DNA of 64,000 nt. Origin: Sphingobacteriales bacterium (GTDB taxonomy: Bacteria; Bacteroidota; Bacteroidia; Sphingobacteriales; Sphingobacteriaceae). The stretch lies in the NCBI GenBank assembly GCA_038235745.1, contig JBBSTQ010000001.1, positions 5,308-69,307 on the forward strand, given 5' to 3'. Each line of letters opens with the position of its first letter. Position 1 is the stretch's first letter. A program made the translations under genes and the position numbers. The notes under the pieces were generated by a model, which worked only from the letters and a program-made list of their open reading frames with translations, did not search any database and was not told the origin of the DNA. Shown here piece after piece: positions 50,201 through 60,239 of this stretch.

Positions 50201-50613
50201 TTTTTAAAGATTATGGCAATTTGTACCAGTGGCAGGTAGATGGCGCTTGGACTCCTGAAAAAGTAGCTAACGGAGAAGCAATCACTTATCCTCGTATGGA
50301 AATTAATACAAACACCCAAAATTCAAACTTTTTAAAGAGTGACTTTTGGTTACGCTCGTCTGATTTTGTTAAAATCAAAAATATAGAGATAGGCTATACC
50401 ATTAAAGATGTTAATGTTTTACGGTCGCTTAAAATTAGTTCATTACGCGTTTACGCAAATGGAAATAATCTTTTCACACTTAAAAATGATTTAAAAGATT
50501 TTGGCCTTGACCCTGAGACTGCAGATACCAATAATGCCTATTATGGTAATAATCAGGGTTATTATTTCCCAATTACTAGGGTTTATAACTTTGGATTAAA
50601 TGTTCAGTTTTAA
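47227..50613 (+). CDS. susC: SusC/RagA TonB-dependent transporter (SusC1)
   Basis: [16 protein letters not shown] N-terminal domain, [53 protein letters not shown], C-terminal FGLNVQF. Confidence 0.96.
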   Translation: [1128 protein letters not shown]

Positions 50614-50625
50614 ATAATTAATATT

Positions 50626-52410
50626 ATGAAAAAGACAATATATTTTTTAGCGCTTAGTTTTGTTTCGTTGCTATTTTACGCCTGTCAAAAAGACTTTTTA
50701 CAGGTTCCGGACACCACCGGTACTTTAGACGTGGAGAAGGTGTTCTCCACAAAACGTAATGCAGAAGCGGCACTTTTTAACGGTTACCGCCGTGGATTAA
50801 CTTATGGAAACGTTGGGGAATACAATTTGGTTTATGGTACGTTAGGCACCATAGGAGGTGAAAGAGGCCGAGGTTGGAGTTGGCATCCTAGTTATGCTAT
50901 CGTAAACGGAGGTACCAGTCCCAATAGAACTGTATTAAACTATGGTAGTATTTATACCATTGTAAGATCTATGTGGATTGTTAATGAAAACATAGATAAG
51001 GTGCCTGATATGGATGGCATGCTTAAAGAGCGAGTAAAAGGAGAATCAAAGGGTTTAATTGCTTATATGTATATGTATGGTTTAAAAGCTTACGGGGGAA
51101 TCCCGCTTGTAAAAAAAGCCCTTGAGCCATCAGAAGATTTAACAGCCCCAAGAGCATCCGTGGAAGAAACGGTTAAATACATTGTACAATTGTGCGACGA
51201 AGCAGTTGCGGTGTTGCCAAACAATTGGTCTGAAGATCAAAAGGGTAGGTTAACTAAAAGTGCAGTGCTGGCAATTAAAGCGCAAACACTGATGTTTGCG
51301 GCTCGTCCTTTATTTAATTCTGCAAGCCCGTACTTAAGTTTAGGAGCAAACAATAATTTAATTAGTTATGGTTCTTATAGTGAACAACGCTGGACAGATG
51401 CTATCGCAGCCACGCAAGCCGCATTAACTGAAGCATCCGTAGCCGGCTACGAGATTTTAAATACAGGGGGGGGTATAAATATACCAAACACTAATGCGCT
51501 GGCGGATTATGGTACGGCAACCTCTACTCCAGGAAACATGGAGGTAATTTTAGCCTCTCAAAATGAGGATAATAATGCCGCTAGGTATCGTAATTTATCA
51601 GGCTATTGGAGAGACACTAAATTTAACAACCAAAGACACGGCTTATTAGGTAACTTTTTGCCCAATTACCTAAAAGCCGATGGTACGGAGCAAGACTGGC
51701 CAGAAATTGGGGATCCCGCACCAAGACCAGGAACAGATTATATCACTCGTTTCGGACAAATGGAGGCTCGTTTTAGGGCAGATTTTGCAGGACCAGGCAT
51801 ACAAGCGGCAAATAATCCGAACGATAGCAGATGGGGTTTTAACAATTGGGGAGTGCATACCAGTAACTATAGTACCAGAGATGTTTTCCCAAACTCCAGT
51901 GATTACGGGCAGGGGGTTGCATGGCCCACCAAGTTTTATTATGGCGCCGGGGGAAGGTTATGGTTTCAGTTTCCAATTTTTCGTGTTCCTGAATTATATT
52001 TAAACTTAGCCGAAGCTTATAATGAGACTGGGCAAACAGCACTAGCGTTAACAAATTTAAATATTGTTCACAACAGAGCTGGCTTACCAAGTATAGTTGA
52101 AACTGATAAAGTTAAGCTAAGAGAACTTATTCAACGCGAATGGGCAGTCGAGTTTTACGATGAAAATAAACATTATTTTGATGTTAAGCATTGGTTGCTT
52201 GATGATTTGGGCAACGGAATTATTGGGGGTAAAATATTGGAATTTCAGTGGTTGTTGACCACGGCTAGTAACAAAAGTTTACCATCAACACTGGTCAACT
52301 ATTATATGGTATCCCCTTATAATGCGTACTGGAATGATAAAATGCATCTTGAACCTTTCCCACAGGATGAAGTTAACAAAAACGCTGTTATTCAAAATCC
52401 AGGTTACTAA
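50626..52410 (+). CDS. susD: SusD/RagB lipoprotein (SusD1)
   Basis: Lipobox FYA-CQKD; YGGIPL, GRLTKSA, FRVPELYLNLAEAYNE, EWAVEFYDE, IQNPGY. Confidence 0.93.
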   Translation: MKKTIYFLALSFVSLLFYACQKDFLQVPDTTGTLDVEKVFSTKRNAEAALFNGYRRGLTYGNVGEYNLVYGTLGTIGGERGRGWSWHPSYAIVNGGTSPNRTVLNYGSIYTIVRSMWIVNENIDKVPDMDGMLKERVKGESKGLIAYMYMYGLKAYGGIPLVKKALEPSEDLTAPRASVEETVKYIVQLCDEAVAVLPNNWSEDQKGRLTKSAVLAIKAQTLMFAARPLFNSASPYLSLGANNNLISYGSYSEQRWTDAIAATQAALTEASVAGYEILNTGGGINIPNTNALADYGTATSTPGNMEVILASQNEDNNAARYRNLSGYWRDTKFNNQRHGLLGNFLPNYLKADGTEQDWPEIGDPAPRPGTDYITRFGQMEARFRADFAGPGIQAANNPNDSRWGFNNWGVHTSNYSTRDVFPNSSDYGQGVAWPTKFYYGAGGRLWFQFPIFRVPELYLNLAEAYNETGQTALALTNLNIVHNRAGLPSIVETDKVKLRELIQREWAVEFYDENKHYFDVKHWLLDDLGNGIIGGKILEFQWLLTTASNKSLPSTLVNYYMVSPYNAYWNDKMHLEPFPQDEVNKNAVIQNPGY

Positions 52411-52445
52411 ATTCAGGCTATTTACTTTACTAAGAGAATATTTAA

Positions 52446-55352
52446 ATGCATAAACTATATAAAATTAAAGCAACACTTATTTGTTCTGCCTTTGCACTGC
52501 TTACTTTGCAAGTAAAAGCGCAAGAACAGGTAAGTTTATTCGCTGATTCGTTAGCGAAGCAGACGGGTACATTAGCAAAAGAAAGCGTTCCCAATCGGTT
52601 TTTCAACGATTCGGAAGACAAATCAACTGCGGCAATTTCAACGGTTAAAAGTAGAGTATTGTATAAAACCCCATCGCCAAGTATTTCCAACTCTTTATTC
52701 GGGGTACTACAGGGGCTAAACGTTCAGCAAACATCCGGCGAACCCGGTTTTGAAGATACCAACCTAAATATTCGTGGTATCGGTACTTACGGATTCACTA
52801 ATGGTAATGGTTACAATACTCAAGCTATTTTTGTAGATGGTTTTGAAGTAAACGCAGAATATTTCAATTATTTGTCAGCTTCTGAAATAGAGAGCATATC
52901 AGTATTGAAAGACGCCGCTGCTTTAGCCACATTTGGTATGAAAGGTGCAAATGGAGTACTATGGGTAACTACAAAACGCGGTATCGACGGTAAATCCACC
53001 ATTACCTTTAAGGCAAGAACTGGGCTACAAAGTGCAATAGATATTAATAAACCATTAGATTCTTATCGTTTTGCTAATTTGTACAACCAAGCAAGAAGTA
53101 ATGATAACGGAAGGTTATGGACACCAACTTATTCCCCTGCTCAATTAGCAGCGTATCAAGACGGTACGGGAATAAATGTAGATTGGTTTGATCAAACGCT
53201 TAAAGATAATGCACCATATACAGATGCCAACCTTATTTTTTCTGGGGGAGACCAACGGGCTAAATACAATATTGTGTTTGATTACGCCAACAAACAGGGG
53301 CTTTACAATGTCAGCAATACGGATAGCACTTCCAATCAAAGTTTTGGACGTTACAATTTACGGGCTAATTTAGATTTTGATTTGGGTAACATTTTTGAGG
53401 CCCGTGTTGATTTAAACGGACGTTTGGAAGACAGAAGATCACCTAATTATACTGGTGGATTCTCCACCGGAAGGCTTTGGTCAGATTTGTATCGCTATCC
53501 TTCTAACATTTATCCAGTTTATGATGATGTAAATAACATCAACCTATCCGGAACAGCTTTATACCCAAACAACCCAGTGGGGTCGCTTACTGCTTTAGGC
53601 TGGCAATCTAACCGTACCAGATTTTTGCAAAGCAATTTTGGATTAAGAGAGAAGTTAGATTTTATTACGAAAGGACTGTATGCAGATCAAGCATTTTCGT
53701 TCAATAGCTATGATTTAAGCACCTACAATAAAACTAGAGATTATGCAAGATTCAACGGTGGCGTAACCACCACTACCAATCAAAACACCAATCTTTCGCC
53801 TTCAGATCTTAATGGCGCATCTCAGCAAGATTGGCGACAGTTTGTCGCAACTATTGGCTATGATGGCATCTTCGGCAAAGGCGAATTAAATTCTGCAGTT
53901 AATTACCATCAATCCATGTTTAATGGTGAAGGTTTGTTTGGTTATGAAGTGAATTACCAGAATATTAGCGGTAGGGTCAACTATGGTTTTGATAAACGTT
54001 ACGTAGCCGAGTTCGGCTTTTCTTACTATGGTTCAGATGCTTATGCAGAAGGTAACCGGTTTCATTTTTATCCATCTGTTTCTGGAGCTTGGATCATTTC
54101 AAATGAAAACTTCTTGATCAATAATACTACAATTAACAAATTAAAGTTGAGAGCTTCCGTAGGTAAATCTGCAACAGATAAGGCGGATGGTCCTGGCAGA
54201 TATGGATCTGGCGGACGCTATCTTTTTCAACAATATCTCGGGTTTAGTGGTGTTTACTATACCGGTAACGGTACACCTGCTGGAAACGGGGGCTTAAGTC
54301 CTTTATATTTGGCCAATCCAAATATCGGTCCAGAAGAAAGCTTGAAGTACAACGTAGGGACAGATTTAGTTTTATTCAATAGGTTAAATGTAACGGTAGA
54401 TGCTTATTTAGATAAACGCACTGGCATTTTAACCCAAGATAATTCGATACCAGGCAATTTCGGCGAATTTACCTATTTTGATAATATCGGGAAAATGACT
54501 AACAAAGGCTTAGAAGTTTCTGCTACTTACAACGGTAAATCAAAAAACGTAGGCTACCAATTGTTTGGTATGTTCTCGTTTAATGAAAACAATATCGACT
54601 TTCAATCCGAGTTAGCTCCAGCTTTCTCTTACAACGCTAGAACTGGAAGACCCTTTGGTACACAAATAGGTTTAGTTGCCGATGGATTTTACCAGCTTGA
54701 AGAGTTTAACCCAGATGGTACATTAAAAGCAGGACTCTCAACGCCGCTTTTCGGCGCCATTCAACCTGGAGATTTAAAATACAAGGATTTGGATAGCAAT
54801 GGTAAAATTGATGCGCTTGATGTAACACAGATAGGAAAGTCTATGTTGCCTACTACCAACTTCTCTTTTGGAGGCTCAATTGATTACAAAGGGTTTGATT
54901 TATCTGTCTTGTTTCAAGGTGTTGCCGGAAATTCCGTAAACTTATTAGGCAACTCTTTTTTACGAGCACAAAATATAGCGTTTGTTAATAATGGAAATGC
55001 TTATGAAATAGCTGAGGGAGCATGGGCATACTATCCTAACGAGGGGATAGATACCAGAGCTACTGCTACTTACCCAAGGTTGTCTACCAACTCCAATGAC
55101 AATAATTACATTAACAGCTCTTTTTGGGTTAAAGACGGCAAGTTTATACGTCTTAGAAACGCAGAACTGGGTTACAATTTGAACATGAAATTTGTTTCGC
55201 AAATTAAAATGCAAAACTTAAGATTGTTTGTAAACGCCATCAACCCTTTAACCTGGAGCGACTTGAAAGACGATTATAACGTAGATCCTGAATTTACATC
55301 TGGCTACCCAACAATCAAGTCTTATACTTTAGGTTTAGTAGCTACTTTTTAA
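52446..55352 (+). CDS. susC: SusC/RagA TonB-dependent transporter (SusC2, short N-terminus)
   Basis: IESISVLKDAAALATFGMKGANGVLWVTTKRG, PGDLKYKDLDSNG, C-terminal LGLVATF; no CarboxypepD-like N-terminal domain. Confidence 0.95.
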   Translation: MHKLYKIKATLICSAFALLTLQVKAQEQVSLFADSLAKQTGTLAKESVPNRFFNDSEDKSTAAISTVKSRVLYKTPSPSISNSLFGVLQGLNVQQTSGEPGFEDTNLNIRGIGTYGFTNGNGYNTQAIFVDGFEVNAEYFNYLSASEIESISVLKDAAALATFGMKGANGVLWVTTKRGIDGKSTITFKARTGLQSAIDINKPLDSYRFANLYNQARSNDNGRLWTPTYSPAQLAAYQDGTGINVDWFDQTLKDNAPYTDANLIFSGGDQRAKYNIVFDYANKQGLYNVSNTDSTSNQSFGRYNLRANLDFDLGNIFEARVDLNGRLEDRRSPNYTGGFSTGRLWSDLYRYPSNIYPVYDDVNNINLSGTALYPNNPVGSLTALGWQSNRTRFLQSNFGLREKLDFITKGLYADQAFSFNSYDLSTYNKTRDYARFNGGVTTTTNQNTNLSPSDLNGASQQDWRQFVATIGYDGIFGKGELNSAVNYHQSMFNGEGLFGYEVNYQNISGRVNYGFDKRYVAEFGFSYYGSDAYAEGNRFHFYPSVSGAWIISNENFLINNTTINKLKLRASVGKSATDKADGPGRYGSGGRYLFQQYLGFSGVYYTGNGTPAGNGGLSPLYLANPNIGPEESLKYNVGTDLVLFNRLNVTVDAYLDKRTGILTQDNSIPGNFGEFTYFDNIGKMTNKGLEVSATYNGKSKNVGYQLFGMFSFNENNIDFQSELAPAFSYNARTGRPFGTQIGLVADGFYQLEEFNPDGTLKAGLSTPLFGAIQPGDLKYKDLDSNGKIDALDVTQIGKSMLPTTNFSFGGSIDYKGFDLSVLFQGVAGNSVNLLGNSFLRAQNIAFVNNGNAYEIAEGAWAYYPNEGIDTRATATYPRLSTNSNDNNYINSSFWVKDGKFIRLRNAELGYNLNMKFVSQIKMQNLRLFVNAINPLTWSDLKDDYNVDPEFTSGYPTIKSYTLGLVATF

Positions 55353-55365
55353 TCATTAATTTAAA

Positions 55366-57057
55366 ATGAGGAATATGAGATATAAATATATAGTCACTCT
55401 TGCAACCAGTGTATCGTTGCTATTTGTGTCATGCGATAAAGATTTTTTAGATACCAAATTAGATACGTTTCAAACACCCGAAACCATTTTGACCAGTGCA
55501 GGATCTTTAGTTGGTTCCGCATGGGCTTTTTATACGCCTTTAAGGGATGGGTTTACGGCAATTGATAACAATTTATTTGCAACAGTTAGTGATGAAGCTC
55601 AAAATAACCTTCCGTCATACAATGCTTTGTATTTCAACCAAGGTTTAATCAGCGAAGTTTTAAACCCAGAAGGTTTTATTTATAAAGCTTATTACGAAGG
55701 AATAAGGGCAGCCAATAATTTTGTTGATTATTCAGAAGATTCTGACAGGTTTATTTTGATAGGTAGAGACCCTGTTGATGATGCAGATATAATCGCTCGG
55801 GACAAACAGAATATTGTTTGGTTTAAGGCAGAGTCACACATTGCTAAAGCCTTTTATTATTCAGAATTAATAAAGAGATATGGCGGTGTTCCCATAGTTA
55901 CAGAAACCCTTCAGAAATCTGGTGCAATTAATATTCCAAAATCAACCTACGAAGAGGTTGTAGAATATATTGTGAAGGAAATTGATGATCACAAGAACGA
56001 TTTACAAGTAAACTGGAAAACGTCAGCTTTTGGAGCAAACGATGGGAGATTCACGCTTGGAGCGGCTTTGGCTTTAAAAGCCAGGGTATTGTTGTATGCT
56101 GCAAGTCCTTTGCATAATCCAACCAACGATGTAGAAAAATGGAAAAGAGCAGCCGCCGCTAGCAACGAGTTGATGACCACGCCAGGATTGAACTTGGCAT
56201 TAAATCAGTTTTACGGCTCATACTTTAGAGGTGCAAATACTTTAACTAGTCCTGAAACCATTTTTGCTATTAGAAGGCAAGTAAACAACACTTTAGAACG
56301 GGAAAATTATCCAATAGCTACGCCCGGTGGTCAGGGCAGTATTTCTCCTACAGACAACTTGGTCGCCGCTTATGAATACAATGGAGTTCCAAACCCTAAT
56401 GACCCTTACGCAAACCGTGATTCACGCTTGGCAAATACGGTAGTAACGAACGGCTCAACTTGGAACGGCAGAACAATAGATCAGGCTCCAGGAGGGACAG
56501 ATGATATGACTAAAGCTAATGCCAGTAAAACTGGTTATTACCTAAAAAAGTTCATGAACGATAACCTTAATCTTACTCAAAACGCAACTGCACAGCACAA
56601 TTGGGTAGTGTTCAGATACGGGGAAGTGTTATTGAACTATGCTGAAGCAATGAACGAGGCTTATGGTACTGATAATAGCAACGGCTACGCAAAAACTGCC
56701 AGACAGGCTATCAACGAGGTTAGAACCCGTTCCAACATGCCGGTCGTGGATGTTGCAACTACAACTTCAACACTCGGTTTTAGAAAAGCGGTAAAGCATG
56801 AAAGACGCATAGAGTTAGCTTTTGAGGGTCACCGTTATTGGGATTTATTGCGTTGGAAAGATGCAGAGACGGTACTTAACCAACCAATTGTTGGGGTTAA
56901 AGTATCCAAGCTTCCTTCAAACCCTAACGTATGGTCATACGAAAAAGTAAATGTTGCAACCAGAACGTTTGATGCAACTGCAAACTATCTGTATCCGTTT
57001 AGCAGAACAGAAATTGTGAACTCAAACGGTACGTTGATTCAAAATCCAGGTTATTAA
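55366..57057 (+). CDS. susD: SusD/RagB lipoprotein (SusD2)
   Basis: Lipobox FVS-CDKD; YGGVPIV, KTGYYLKK, FRYGEVLLNYAEAMNE, ERRIELAFEGHRYWDLLRWK, IQNPGY. Confidence 0.95.
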   Translation: MRNMRYKYIVTLATSVSLLFVSCDKDFLDTKLDTFQTPETILTSAGSLVGSAWAFYTPLRDGFTAIDNNLFATVSDEAQNNLPSYNALYFNQGLISEVLNPEGFIYKAYYEGIRAANNFVDYSEDSDRFILIGRDPVDDADIIARDKQNIVWFKAESHIAKAFYYSELIKRYGGVPIVTETLQKSGAINIPKSTYEEVVEYIVKEIDDHKNDLQVNWKTSAFGANDGRFTLGAALALKARVLLYAASPLHNPTNDVEKWKRAAAASNELMTTPGLNLALNQFYGSYFRGANTLTSPETIFAIRRQVNNTLERENYPIATPGGQGSISPTDNLVAAYEYNGVPNPNDPYANRDSRLANTVVTNGSTWNGRTIDQAPGGTDDMTKANASKTGYYLKKFMNDNLNLTQNATAQHNWVVFRYGEVLLNYAEAMNEAYGTDNSNGYAKTARQAINEVRTRSNMPVVDVATTTSTLGFRKAVKHERRIELAFEGHRYWDLLRWKDAETVLNQPIVGVKVSKLPSNPNVWSYEKVNVATRTFDATANYLYPFSRTEIVNSNGTLIQNPGY

Positions 57058-57075
57058 ATTTAATAAATTATAGTT

Positions 57076-57642
57076 ATGAAAATACTTTTCAACCGATTAA
57101 ACAGTCTATTTATTCTTTTGATTCTCGCAACTTTTGTTGCCTGCGAAAAAGATATAAGTGAAGAAAAGGTGGGGATTGAGAACGTTTATATTCCGCAATC
57201 TTTTTCAACAAGCACCACAGACAACAATTATAATGTGCCCGGTGGCGTTAATTTTGGCGCAGCGAGAAACTTTGAAGATGACAAAACAGCAAATAAAGTG
57301 CGGGTGTTTTTAGGAGTGTCAAAATCTGGAAAAGCGGATACTCAGCCATTCACGGTTGATATAACCACCCGACCAGATACCATTAACCAGCTTATTTCAA
57401 ATGGATCGGACTTCGTACTACTTCCATCAACAGCGTACACTTTGCCAGCAAGCGTTTCTTTAGCTGCGGGACAATCTTCTGTCAGCTTCAATTTGGTTAT
57501 TGATAAGCCCACTTTAAAAACCTTTGCAGGTAAAAAAGTAGCGTTATGCGTTGAGTTAGCAAACCCAACAAGATATGATCTTGAAGCTAAAACTAAAAAA
57601 GTCATCATCATTATTGATGTAAATGCTTTAAATCTCGAATAG
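57076..57642 (+). CDS. SusE-positioned DUF1735-like lipoprotein (putative surface glycan-binding or accessory protein)
   Basis: Lipobox FVA-CEKD; VYIPQ, LLPSTAYTLP; position directly after susD2. Confidence 0.7.
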   Translation: MKILFNRLNSLFILLILATFVACEKDISEEKVGIENVYIPQSFSTSTTDNNYNVPGGVNFGAARNFEDDKTANKVRVFLGVSKSGKADTQPFTVDITTRPDTINQLISNGSDFVLLPSTAYTLPASVSLAAGQSSVSFNLVIDKPTLKTFAGKKVALCVELANPTRYDLEAKTKKVIIIIDVNALNLE

Positions 57643-57673
57643 TAGTTCATTTTTTTTTATTGGTTTAGTTGGG

Positions 57674-57704
57674 ACCGGTTGTAGTATTCTACAACCGGTT
57701 ATTT
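57674..57704 (+). terminator. Hairpin (terminator or attenuator) after the susCD cluster
   Basis: ACCGGTTGTAG-TATT-CTACAACCGGT followed by TATTT. Confidence 0.7.
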
Positions 57705-57856
57705 GTTGATAAAGCTGATGATTATTGGCTATAATTAAGATGTATAGCCATCTGTAATTTGCTTATCTTCTGTCCCCAGCTTGTTTCTAAACAATACAGT
57801 GTTATCCGCCCAAATTCATTAAACAAAAACCTCTACAATTATCTTAAAAACACGCT

Positions 57857-60058
57857 ATGAATTTTAAATCCATCATTTTAATACTCACCTTTATTTCTGT
57901 AGCCATGGTTACAACTGCTCAGGAAATAACAAATCCAAAAGTAGAAGCCAAAATTAAAGCATTGCTTAAGCAAATGACTTTAGAAGAAAAGGTTGGGATG
58001 ATCCACGCCAACTCATCTTTCACATCTGCGGGAGTTACACGCTTAGGCATTCCAGAAATGGAAATGTCTGATGGCCCTCACGGCGTAAGACCAGAACACG
58101 GCAGAGACTGGGTTTTAGACAAAGACGTTGATGATGCCGGCACTTATTTACCTACAGGTATAAACTTAGCCGCAACCTGGAACCCTGATTTAGGTTACCA
58201 ATACGGCGCAGTTTTGGGGAAAGAAGCCCGTCACCGCGGAAAAGACATTATTCTTGGCCCAGGTGTGAATATTATCCGCTCGCCATTAAACGGTAGAAAC
58301 TTTGAGTACTTAAGCGAAGATCCATTTCTGACATCTAAAATGGCCATAGGCTACATTAAGGGAGTACAAAACCAAGGAGTTTCTGCATGTGTAAAGCATT
58401 ATGCAGCCAATAACGAAGAAGCCGATAGAAATACTGTTGACGTTAGAATGAGCGAAAGAGCTTTAAGAGAAATTTACCTTCCCGCTTTTAAAGCGGCAGT
58501 GCAAGATGGTAACGTTTATTCTGTAATGGGTTCTTACAATAAGTTTAGAGGGCAATTTGCTACCCATAACGAATATTTAGTTAATACCATTTTAAAAGGC
58601 GAGTGGGGTTTTAAAGGTGTTTTAATGAGCGACTGGGGTTCGGTACATAATTTAAAACAAGCATTGTATAATGGAACGGATTTAGAAATGGGTACAGATT
58701 TAAAACTGATGAATAATAGTGTTTCACAAACCGATGCATCTGGAAAAGAATTAAGTAAGGAGTTATACGATCGTTTTTTTATGGCCGATTCAGCAATCAA
58801 CATGGTTAAAGAAGGCAAAGTGCCAGAATCAATCATTGACGAAAAAGTAACCAGAATATTGAGGCTGATGTTCGCTACAAATATGATTGGCGATATTGAA
58901 AGACCAAATGGAGCTTACAATGAGCCACAACACCAACAGTTGGCGTTAAAGGTTGCGCAAGAAGGCATTGTACTGTTAAAGAACCTCAATAAAACATTGC
59001 CCTTAAATAACGCTGTCAAAAGCATTGCAGTTATCGGCGAAAACGCAACCCGAGAAAACTCCATGGGTGGTGGTTCATCTCAAGTTAAAGCAAAATATGA
59101 AATTACGCCACTACAAGGTTTAAAAAACTTTTTAGGAAGTCATACCAACATCACTTACGCCAGAGGATATAAGATTGATAAGCGCCAAAAAGCAGATGAT
59201 GCGTTAATTGCAGAAGCAGTTAAAGCTGCGAAAAATGCCGAAGTAGCAATTATATATTGTGGCTGGACACACGGTTACGATTACAGCAAATGGGGAGACA
59301 ACGCTTTTGATGCAGAAGCGGTTGACAAACCTGATATGAAAATGCCTTTTGAGCAGGATAAGTTAATTACAGCGGTACTAGATGCAAACCCAAATACAAT
59401 AATAGTGTTGATTGGTGGTGGTGCTGTTGATATGAATAAATGGATTGCACAAGCGCCAGCAATTATTCAAGGCTGGTATCCAGGAATGGAGGGTGGCAAC
59501 GCTTTAGCAAAGATAATTTTTGGAGAAGTGAACCCATCTGGAAAGCTACCAGTAACTTTTCCAGTAGTATTGGAAGACGTTCCCGCACATAAATTAGGAG
59601 AATTCCATGGAACAAATGGTGTAGTGAATTATAATGATGATATTTTTGTGGGCTATCGTTATCACGAAACTTTTGACGTTAAGCCTCAATTCGCTTTCGG
59701 TCATGGTTTATCTTACACCACTTTTAGCTATGCAGATGCAAAAGTAAAAGCTAAAAAAGAAAAATTAAGCATTAAAGTCACAGTGAAAAACACCGGCAAA
59801 GTTGCAGGAGCAGAAGTGGTGCAGGTTTACGTTAAAAAGCCGGGAACAGTTAAATTGCCAGACGAAGAATTAAAGGCTTTTGAAAAAGTATTTTTAAAAG
59901 CAGGCGAATCAAAGGAACTCGTGTTCGAGATTGCCAAAGATGACCTTCGGTATTACGATGAAGTGCAAAAAGCTTGGGTTTTGGGCGAAGGGAGCGTGAA
60001 TGTGATGATTGGAAACGCGTCGGATAATATTACCATCAAGAAAGAAGTAAAATTGTAA
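57857..60058 (+). CDS. GH3 beta-glucosidase
   Basis: MTLEEKVGM, SDGPHGVR, RSPLNGRNFEYLSEDP, CVKHY, LMSDWG, NPSGKLP, VGYRY. Confidence 0.93.
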   Translation: MNFKSIILILTFISVAMVTTAQEITNPKVEAKIKALLKQMTLEEKVGMIHANSSFTSAGVTRLGIPEMEMSDGPHGVRPEHGRDWVLDKDVDDAGTYLPTGINLAATWNPDLGYQYGAVLGKEARHRGKDIILGPGVNIIRSPLNGRNFEYLSEDPFLTSKMAIGYIKGVQNQGVSACVKHYAANNEEADRNTVDVRMSERALREIYLPAFKAAVQDGNVYSVMGSYNKFRGQFATHNEYLVNTILKGEWGFKGVLMSDWGSVHNLKQALYNGTDLEMGTDLKLMNNSVSQTDASGKELSKELYDRFFMADSAINMVKEGKVPESIIDEKVTRILRLMFATNMIGDIERPNGAYNEPQHQQLALKVAQEGIVLLKNLNKTLPLNNAVKSIAVIGENATRENSMGGGSSQVKAKYEITPLQGLKNFLGSHTNITYARGYKIDKRQKADDALIAEAVKAAKNAEVAIIYCGWTHGYDYSKWGDNAFDAEAVDKPDMKMPFEQDKLITAVLDANPNTIIVLIGGGAVDMNKWIAQAPAIIQGWYPGMEGGNALAKIIFGEVNPSGKLPVTFPVVLEDVPAHKLGEFHGTNGVVNYNDDIFVGYRYHETFDVKPQFAFGHGLSYTTFSYADAKVKAKKEKLSIKVTVKNTGKVAGAEVVQVYVKKPGTVKLPDEELKAFEKVFLKAGESKELVFEIAKDDLRYYDEVQKAWVLGEGSVNVMIGNASDNITIKKEVKL

Positions 60059-60061
60059 AAC

Positions 60062-60098
60062 GATAAAAGCCAGATTTTAGAAAGGTCTGGCTTTTATT
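60062..60098 (+). terminator. Intrinsic terminator
   Basis: GATAAAAGCCAGA ... TCTGGCTTTTATT. Confidence 0.8.
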
Positions 60099-60239
60099 GT
60101 AATAGTTAATTTCAAGCAAGTTTAAGATGCTTATTTATAAGAGGATGGTTAAATCTTGTAGTTCAAATAACCCTATCGGATTGCGAACGGTAGATTTCTC
60201 CTTTTCAATTAGAGTTGTATAACATGATTAATTGCTAAT

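Noticed and set aside
1257-60058. Nearly all SpI signal peptides are followed by Gln
   Set aside because: A known Bacteroidota feature (pyroglutamate formation); useful for taxonomy but not novel
60127-60222. 31-codon ORF containing NNPIGL, reminiscent of an RHS core end
   Set aside because: Too short, lacks the DPxG motif and any YD repeats; probably chance
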